Of a stretch of DNA of 64,000 nt, positions 58,000 through 64,000 are shown in pieces. Under the pieces are notes generated by a model. That model searched no databases. It was given only the letters and a program-made list of their open reading frames with translations, and was not told where the DNA came from. Source of the stretch: Flavobacteriales bacterium UBA7690 (lineage in GTDB: Bacteria; Bacteroidota; Bacteroidia; Flavobacteriales_F; PHOS-HE28); the NCBI GenBank assembly GCA_002482775.1, contig DLGQ01000109.1, positions 47,789 through 111,788 on the forward strand, written 5' to 3'. A program made the position numbers and the translations under genes. Numbering within the stretch: the first letter of the stretch is position 1; each line of letters begins with the position of its first letter.

Positions 58000-58704
58000 G
58001 TGGGCCAGGGGACTGAGAACGTAACGCGCGGGCGGGTCGCCGTGATCGGTGCAGGCGGCACGGGTTGCGGACTGTTGCCGCTGCTCGGAGGACTTCCGCT
58101 TACAGCTATCACCGTGATCGATGGCGACACCGTTGAAGAGAAGAATCTACCACGTCAATTGCTTTACACCATGGCGGATGTAGGCCACCCGAAAGTGGAG
58201 GTCGCTGCCGGACGGATGCGCATGATGGCCGCAGGTGTCACATGGCGAACGGAGCACTGTTTCGTGGATGCCGCGAACTGCGCCGCGCTCATCACCGGTT
58301 GCGATCTTGTCGCCGATTGCACGGATGACCTGGCCGCACGCGCCCTCATTGAACGCACCTGCCGGGCACTGGGTGTTCCGCTCGTGAGCGGCGCGGTCCA
58401 CGGCCACCAGGTGCAAGTGATCACCTGCTACGGCATGGTGCATCGCGAACGTCGCGGTACGTTCTTCCAAGGCCGAGTGACGGAAGAGCAACTGGGCTGC
58501 GACATGCGCGACGTGCCAGCTGCGGTTACCACGCTCGCCGCTTCGCTGATGGCTTTGCGGATCGCTGATCTGCTGAAGGGTGGCGATGGCCTTGCCGGTG
58601 TGATGGACCTGGTGGATAGCCAGCACGGGCGGTGGATGCGCATCATGGGGCCCGAAGCCGGAGAGTTCATGGATACCCCGATCGACCCGCAGCACTACGC
58701 ATGA
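58000..58704 (+). CDS. moeB: ThiF/MoeB family adenylyltransferase
   Basis: VIGAGGTG, DGDTVEEKNLPRQ, DCTD; first gene of the Moco cluster. Confidence 0.8.
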   Translation: MGQGTENVTRGRVAVIGAGGTGCGLLPLLGGLPLTAITVIDGDTVEEKNLPRQLLYTMADVGHPKVEVAAGRMRMMAAGVTWRTEHCFVDAANCAALITGCDLVADCTDDLAARALIERTCRALGVPLVSGAVHGHQVQVITCYGMVHRERRGTFFQGRVTEEQLGCDMRDVPAAVTTLAASLMALRIADLLKGGDGLAGVMDLVDSQHGRWMRIMGPEAGEFMDTPIDPQHYA

Positions 58705-59444
58705 ACGAACTGTGGATAGCGCTGTTGCTGGCGTTGGTGGCCTTCCTCTACGCCAGTGTGGGCCACGGCGGCGCGAGCGGCTACATCGCGGTGATGGCGC
58801 TGTTGGGGTTCGCACCGGAGGTGATCAGGCCAACGGCACTTGTGTTGAACCTCTTCGTGAGCGCCATGGCCTTCGCACAGTTCGCTCGAGCGGGACATTT
58901 CCGGTGGCCGCTGTTCTGGCCTTTCGCGCTGGCTTCCGTGCCGTGCGCCTGGTTGGGGGCGCAGGTAGAACTGGATGTGGTGGTCTACAAACGTGTGTTG
59001 GCTGTTTGTTTGGTCATCGCGGTAGCGCGTTTGCTCGGCTTCTTCGGTAGTAGCACAGCACCACAGCATACACCGCCGTTGATCCTCGCTTTGATCATTG
59101 GGGCTTTGCTGGGCCTGGTCTCCGGCATGATCGGTATTGGCGGCGGCATACTACTTAGTCCCTTATTGCTGGTATTCGGCTGGAGCTCCGCGAAGGAGAG
59201 TGCCGCAGTGAGCGCTGCATTCATTTTCGTCAATAGCCTAGCTGGCCTTGCAGGGATTTCCGATGTCGTCCTTGATCCATCCCAAGGCATCTTCACATCT
59301 TCCCACATCCTCTGGATCGCTGCAGCGGTAGCTGGTGGGGCGATTGGTGCCTACATCGGTGCGCAACGGTTCAGCCAAACGCGGCTGCGGCAGGTGCTGG
59401 GTATGGTGCTGCTGTTCGCTTCGTTCAAATTATTCTTCGCATGA
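58701..59444 (+). CDS. Sulfite exporter TauE/SafE family protein
   Basis: YASVGHGGASGY and SGMIGIGGGI; multi-TM. Confidence 0.9.
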   Translation: MNELWIALLLALVAFLYASVGHGGASGYIAVMALLGFAPEVIRPTALVLNLFVSAMAFAQFARAGHFRWPLFWPFALASVPCAWLGAQVELDVVVYKRVLAVCLVIAVARLLGFFGSSTAPQHTPPLILALIIGALLGLVSGMIGIGGGILLSPLLLVFGWSSAKESAAVSAAFIFVNSLAGLAGISDVVLDPSQGIFTSSHILWIAAAVAGGAIGAYIGAQRFSQTRLRQVLGMVLLFASFKLFFA

Positions 59445-60637
59445 TCTCGGTTGAAGAGGCCCGCCAGTTGGTGATGTCGCAGGTACGGCCGTGTGAAGGT
59501 GAGCACCGGCTTCTGGAGAACGCCGTGGGCCGTGTGGTGATCGTGGACATTGTTTCACCCGAGGCCTATCCACTGTCCGATGTGAGCGCTGTGGATGGTT
59601 ATGCCGTGGGCACTTCTCAAGGTCCGTGGACCGTGGTCGGTGAATTGGCCGCCGGCGATACCACCGATATCGTGCTGGGTGGAGATGATGCGCACCGGAT
59701 CTTCACCGGAGCTACCGTGCCGCTTGGGACCACAGCAGTGCTGATGCAGGAGCGCTGCACCCGGGAAGGTCCCATCCTGATCCACGAAGGAGCACCGTTC
59801 CTTGTTGGAGCGAACATCCGCCGTGAAGGTGAAAGTGTGAAGGCCGGTGAGATCATCCTGCGTAAAGGAAGTGTGCTCACACCCGCAGCGATCGGGTTGC
59901 TTGCGTCGTGTGGGTTGAAGGATGTGATGGTCTCGATCGAGCCGCTGATCAGCATCATCCGTACGGGCGGTGAGTTCATCGAAGAAGGCGCGCCGAAGAA
60001 AGGTCGCATTTACAGCAGCAACGACCGTATGCTCATTGGTGCCCTGCGCGAAGCCGGGTGCTACACGAAGGATGAAGCGCTCCTTGCGCAAGACGAAGCG
60101 GATGAGCTGCGCAGGGTCCTTCTTGCGGCTGTTCAAGCAGGTGGTGTTGTGATCACCACCGGTGGTGCGTCCGTTGGCGATCATGATCTTTTAGTGCCGG
60201 TGCTAAAGGAGATGAACGCCACCATCCACTTCCACGGTGTTGCTCAGAAGCCAGGCAAACCCATGTTCTTCGCCACGCTGAACGGGGTCCCGATATTCGG
60301 TCTGCCGGGCAATCCGCGCGCGGCGCTCGTCTTGTTCTATGAGTATGTGCTCCCCTTCCTTTCCGCGATGCGGCAGAGGCGCGATCCGTGGTTGCGCACC
60401 CATCATCTTCCATTGAACACGGCGCTCACCCTGAAAGGTGATCGCGCGGAATTCAGGGCGGCACGTGTGCACGATGGACGCGTGGAACTGCTGGCGGATG
60501 AAGGATCGCACATGCTGCGTACCTTGGTGGAAGCGGATGCCTTGGTCTACCTGCCCGCCACACAACGCGCGTGGAATGCAGGTGATCCAGTGGAAGTACA
60601 TGCATTGCCGCACCACAGGTCTCCGCAGGGGCGTTGA
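59441..60637 (+). CDS. moeA: Molybdopterin molybdotransferase
   Basis: SAVDGYA, RIFTGA, TTGGASVGDHD, QKPGKP, GLPGNP. Confidence 0.95.
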   Translation: MISVEEARQLVMSQVRPCEGEHRLLENAVGRVVIVDIVSPEAYPLSDVSAVDGYAVGTSQGPWTVVGELAAGDTTDIVLGGDDAHRIFTGATVPLGTTAVLMQERCTREGPILIHEGAPFLVGANIRREGESVKAGEIILRKGSVLTPAAIGLLASCGLKDVMVSIEPLISIIRTGGEFIEEGAPKKGRIYSSNDRMLIGALREAGCYTKDEALLAQDEADELRRVLLAAVQAGGVVITTGGASVGDHDLLVPVLKEMNATIHFHGVAQKPGKPMFFATLNGVPIFGLPGNPRAALVLFYEYVLPFLSAMRQRRDPWLRTHHLPLNTALTLKGDRAEFRAARVHDGRVELLADEGSHMLRTLVEADALVYLPATQRAWNAGDPVEVHALPHHRSPQGR

Positions 60638-60652
60638 ACGAACGAAGATCCG

Positions 60653-61219
60653 ATGAGCACGCAAGGATGGGCTGGTGTGGTGTTGGCCGGTGGGAAGAGC
60701 AGCCGCATGGGTCGCGACAAAGCGCTGGTCGAAAGCGATGGACGCACGTTGCTGGCGAACGCCGTAGGACTACTTCGTCCGCATGTGGAAGAGCTGCTCA
60801 TCATCGGTGATCCCACGATGCACCAAGGCACAGGTCCATTGGTCCTCGCAGACGACACTCCGGGTCTTGGGCCGTTAGGAGGCATCCTTACAGCGTTGCG
60901 ATACGCATGGAACGACCGTTTGATCGTTCTTGCGTGTGATATGCCGAACGTGAATTCCGCCCTTTTTGAGCGATTGAAGTCCCTGTATGATGAAGGTCAT
61001 GATGCCGTGGTGCCACAGTGCGATGGACGGTTGGAGCCCCTTGCAGCGATCTACCACAGGCATTGCCGTGGAGCGTTCGCGGCAGCCATTGCTGAAGGAG
61101 AGCTGAAGATGTCGATGGCCGTTGAGCGTGTCAATGCGCGATACGTGCAGGTCTGCCCCGGTGAAGAAGGCTGGCCAGCGGATCTTTTCCGGAACATCAA
61201 CGCGCCGAGCGATCTTTGA
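60653..61219 (+). CDS. mobA: Molybdenum cofactor guanylyltransferase
   Basis: LAGGKSSRMGRDKA, GPLGG, ACDMP, EPL, FRNIN. Confidence 0.95.
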   Translation: MSTQGWAGVVLAGGKSSRMGRDKALVESDGRTLLANAVGLLRPHVEELLIIGDPTMHQGTGPLVLADDTPGLGPLGGILTALRYAWNDRLIVLACDMPNVNSALFERLKSLYDEGHDAVVPQCDGRLEPLAAIYHRHCRGAFAAAIAEGELKMSMAVERVNARYVQVCPGEEGWPADLFRNINAPSDL

Positions 61220-61449
61220 ACCCCATGAACGTGCTCTTGTTCGGTTCCATTGCAGAGAAGGCAGGCGTCGCGCTGCTTCAAGTGGAAGCAACATCGCTGT
61301 CCGCGCTCCGCGTTGAACTCATCAAGCGCATTCCTGGGTTGGAGCACATGCGCTACGCCATTGCTGTGGATCGCAAGGTGATGATCGGCGAACGACCGCT
61401 CACCGGCTCCGAAGAGATCGCCGTGTTACCCCCGTTCGCCGGCGGATGA
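61216..61449 (+). CDS. moaD: Molybdopterin synthase sulfur carrier subunit
   Basis: Ubiquitin-like protein ending PPFAGG. Confidence 0.93.
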   Translation: MNPMNVLLFGSIAEKAGVALLQVEATSLSALRVELIKRIPGLEHMRYAIAVDRKVMIGERPLTGSEEIAVLPPFAGG

Positions 61450-61910
61450 GCGATGGTCGGCCACATAAGGTGAAGGACATCTTCGTGGAAGGTGCCATAC
61501 CCGCTTCGTTCATCGCGGAGAACATCGCCAAACACGCAACGCGCACGGATATCGGTGCGCACGAGATCTTCCTCGGCCAAGTGCGTGCCGATGTGGTTCC
61601 CAGCGTGCAGGATGGTCGTGTACAAGCCATCGAATTCACCGCATACCGTGAAATGGCGCTGGAGCGCATGACCATCATCCGCGAAGAGGCGTTCACGAAG
61701 TGGCCTGCCATGACCTGCTTGCACGTGCATCACAGCTTGGGGTGCATCAAAGCGGGGGAGTTGTGCTTCATGGTCTTCGCTAGCGCACCCCACCGCATAC
61801 AAGCCCGCGAAGCCGTGGCGTGGGTGGTGGATCGCATCAAGGCGGAACTGCCCATCTTCGGACGCGAGATCCTGTCAGATGCCTCCCACGTCTGGAAAAC
61901 GAATTCGTAA
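61446..61910 (+). CDS. moaE: Molybdopterin synthase catalytic subunit
   Basis: FLGQVRAD, HSLG, SAPHR, IKAELPIFG. Confidence 0.93.
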   Translation: MSDGRPHKVKDIFVEGAIPASFIAENIAKHATRTDIGAHEIFLGQVRADVVPSVQDGRVQAIEFTAYREMALERMTIIREEAFTKWPAMTCLHVHHSLGCIKAGELCFMVFASAPHRIQAREAVAWVVDRIKAELPIFGREILSDASHVWKTNS

Positions 61911-61937
61911 GGGCCGGGAAGTACCCGCCTTGAGAAG

Positions 61938-62855
61938 ATGATCGACATCACCCATAAACCCACCACGCTTCGAGAGGCCACGGCCACGGCGTTGGTCACC
62001 GTTTCCAATTCTGCGACGATCGTCGCAGTTCTGGAGAACAGCGTACCCAAAGGCAACGTGTTGGAGACCGCCCGCGTGGCTGCCCTCTTCGGGGTGAAGA
62101 AGACGCACGAGCTTATCCCGGATTGTCATCCATTGCCGATCGAACATGCCGAGGTACGTTTTGATATCAGTGACATTGCGATCACCATCACCATGCGGGT
62201 GCGCACCATCTATCGCACAGGTGTTGAGGTGGAAGCCATGCACGGTGCAAGCGTGGCCGCGCTCACGATCTACGACATGCTCAAGCCCATCGACAAAAGC
62301 GTAGCGATCGCCAGCATCCGGTTGGTGGAGAAGAAAGGCGGCAAGAGCGATTGGAAAGATGTGTTCGACAAGGCCCCGCGCGCAGCTGTGCTCGTCATCA
62401 GCGATGGTGTGGCCAGCGGCAAGAAGGAGGACAAGGCAGGTGCAGCGATAGCAGAGCGCCTTACGAAGCTCGGTGTCGGGATCTCTGCACATGGCGTTGT
62501 CGCAGATGAGCCGGCATCCATAGCCGCACAAGTGCAGGCATGGGCGGATCAAGGGCTAGACCTCATCCTCACCACTGGTGGAACCGGGCTTTCCCCGCGA
62601 GACCGCACACCCGAAGCCATCGCGCCGCTACTGGACCGCGAAGTGCCCGGAATCATGGAAGCCGCGCGGAGCTACGGGCAGGAACGAATGCCTTGGGCCA
62701 TGATGAGCCGCGGTGTCTCCGGCATGATCGGTCGCACGCTGGTGATCACGCTTCCCGGATCAACTCGCGGGACACAAGAGACGATGGACGCCCTTTTTCC
62801 GTTCGTGTTGCATGTGATCAAAGTTCAAGAACATGCGTTCAGACATGGGTTGTAG
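61938..62855 (+). CDS. moaC: Bifunctional MoaC / MoaB-MogA fusion
   Basis: LIPDCHPLP, TGVEVEA and YDMLK (MoaC), then TTGGTGLSPRDRTPEA and LPGS (MoaB/MogA). Confidence 0.93.
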   Translation: MIDITHKPTTLREATATALVTVSNSATIVAVLENSVPKGNVLETARVAALFGVKKTHELIPDCHPLPIEHAEVRFDISDIAITITMRVRTIYRTGVEVEAMHGASVAALTIYDMLKPIDKSVAIASIRLVEKKGGKSDWKDVFDKAPRAAVLVISDGVASGKKEDKAGAAIAERLTKLGVGISAHGVVADEPASIAAQVQAWADQGLDLILTTGGTGLSPRDRTPEAIAPLLDREVPGIMEAARSYGQERMPWAMMSRGVSGMIGRTLVITLPGSTRGTQETMDALFPFVLHVIKVQEHAFRHGL

Positions 62856-62868
62856 GCAGGTGATCCCG

Positions 62869-63759
62869 ATGATGCTGGTTGCCGTGCTGTTCCTCACGGC
62901 ATGTTCGCTGCTGTCAGGTGGTTCGGGTAGACCCAAAGGGGAGGTCCATATTGCTACTGTGAACAACAATGTGTGCAAGAGGTTGACCGAACGGGTCGTG
63001 ATCTACGGGGTTTTTGTTGATTCCAAGGTTGGAGGAGTATGGAGCACGCATGATATCAGGAGCACAGTGGACAGCATGCGGTTGGCGGCTGACTGGATCA
63101 TGCAGCAGGCACGCAAGAAGGGCGTGGACCTTGATATCGTTGTGGGATCCCACGAAAGAGGCGGGGTCGTTCCGGTGCGAAGTGAGCTGCCACGGGGCGG
63201 TCTTGAAGGGCTTCTGCATGGAATGAACCCGGCTTCTTCTTTGGATCGCTGGGCGGATAAAGCCTGTCGCCAGGTACAGTCGGCTTTCCCACGCGATACG
63301 GCTCGCATCACATTGACCAAGAACACGCCGAAGGACAGAGAGCGCCTGATAGCTTCCTTACGTGACCGTCACCGTACTGACAATGTGGCTTTGATGCTCT
63401 TCGTGAACAAATACTACGGATCAGAAACCTCTGTTGCGATGCACACGGGCAGCACATCCCTGATCGAGTATGCTACGGTGGCCTTCAAGCGACCAGGTGT
63501 GATCGCACACGAATTTCTTCATCTGTTCGGAGCGTTGGACCTGTACATGACACCTTACGACAATGCCAAGGATGTCAGTAAGCGCAAGCAATTCGCGATG
63601 GAACGGTTCCCCAAAGATGTGATGGCCTTTCCATTCCGGGGGTTGGATTCTCTGGAGATCGGGTCATTAACGGAATACCTGATCGGGTGGCGGCGTGAAT
63701 TGCTGCCAGAGGATGAAGCACTATTGACCGGAGGCAAGGTGCGTTTAGCCAAGTATTGA
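62869..63759 (+). CDS. Lipoprotein zinc metallopeptidase-like protein
   Basis: LTAC lipobox; AHEFLHLFGALDLY (HExxH..G..DLY) and a downstream DVM. Confidence 0.75.
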   Translation: MMLVAVLFLTACSLLSGGSGRPKGEVHIATVNNNVCKRLTERVVIYGVFVDSKVGGVWSTHDIRSTVDSMRLAADWIMQQARKKGVDLDIVVGSHERGGVVPVRSELPRGGLEGLLHGMNPASSLDRWADKACRQVQSAFPRDTARITLTKNTPKDRERLIASLRDRHRTDNVALMLFVNKYYGSETSVAMHTGSTSLIEYATVAFKRPGVIAHEFLHLFGALDLYMTPYDNAKDVSKRKQFAMERFPKDVMAFPFRGLDSLEIGSLTEYLIGWRRELLPEDEALLTGGKVRLAKY

Positions 63760-63822
63760 TCGTCAGGAATGTAGGCGACAAGATCTTGTACGATGTTCAA
63801 CGTTTTGTCAATGTAGAATGAC

Positions 63823-64000
63823 ATGGTGATCGGCAAAGAAGCCTTGGTGGAAGAGTTCGTATTGCACCGGTTGGGTGGAGAGCACAAGGACAACATCTTC
63901 AGCGATTTCACGGTAACGTTGAAGGGCGACGAGGAACAGGAGTTCTTGCGCAAACTCTTCTTGAAGCCGTTCGCGAACATGGCCTTTACTTCGGAATTCA
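63823..64000 (+). CDS. Nucleoid-associated protein (YejK/NdpA-like), 3'-truncated by the window edge
   Basis: MVIGKEALVEEFVLHRLG...LRKLFLKPF, open to the window end; HRxG and FxKPF are as in Bacteroidota homologs. Confidence 0.65.
   Translation, partial: MVIGKEALVEEFVLHRLGGEHKDNIFSDFTVTLKGDEEQEFLRKLFLKPFANMAFTSEF

Overview
64-kb chromosomal segment of a GC-rich Bacteroidota bacterium, probably Flavobacteriales-like. The evidence for this is the many T9SS C-terminal domains, TAnnTT(T/C)G-type -7 promoter boxes and a MurF-Alr fusion. Most of the window is housekeeping or secreted-protein genes: the 3' part of nrdA, an AlgI-type MBOAT pair, glutaryl-CoA-type dehydrogenase, DUF4271-hemD-rnpA-yidD-S41 protease-O-antigen ligase, GT9/GT2, S8 protease, murF-alr, tdk, M28 peptidase, rsmI, tricorn protease, desaturase/cold-shock protein, diheme cytochrome with FG-GAP proteins, DAHP synthase-chorismate mutase, a molybdenum cofactor cluster without moaA, and the start of a nucleoid-associated protein. 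The most striking feature is an accessory region right after the nrdA terminator (about 1.4-9.4 kb). There, short unrelated genes (HEPN-like, CAAX/Abi, HsdR_N nuclease, stand-alone GldM-N lipoprotein and others) alternate with at least six co-oriented copies of a 65-135 bp GTAGCC-N3-GGCTAC hairpin repeat, and three genes take their stop codon from the same position in the repeat. It looks like a cassette array, but it has no attC sites and no integrase in the window. A second palindromic repeat family brackets an orphan Imm26-like gene, and a 20-bp palindrome is inserted in two places. No tRNA, rRNA, CRISPR array or transposase was recognised. All family calls come from motif recognition by eye; no database searches were run.
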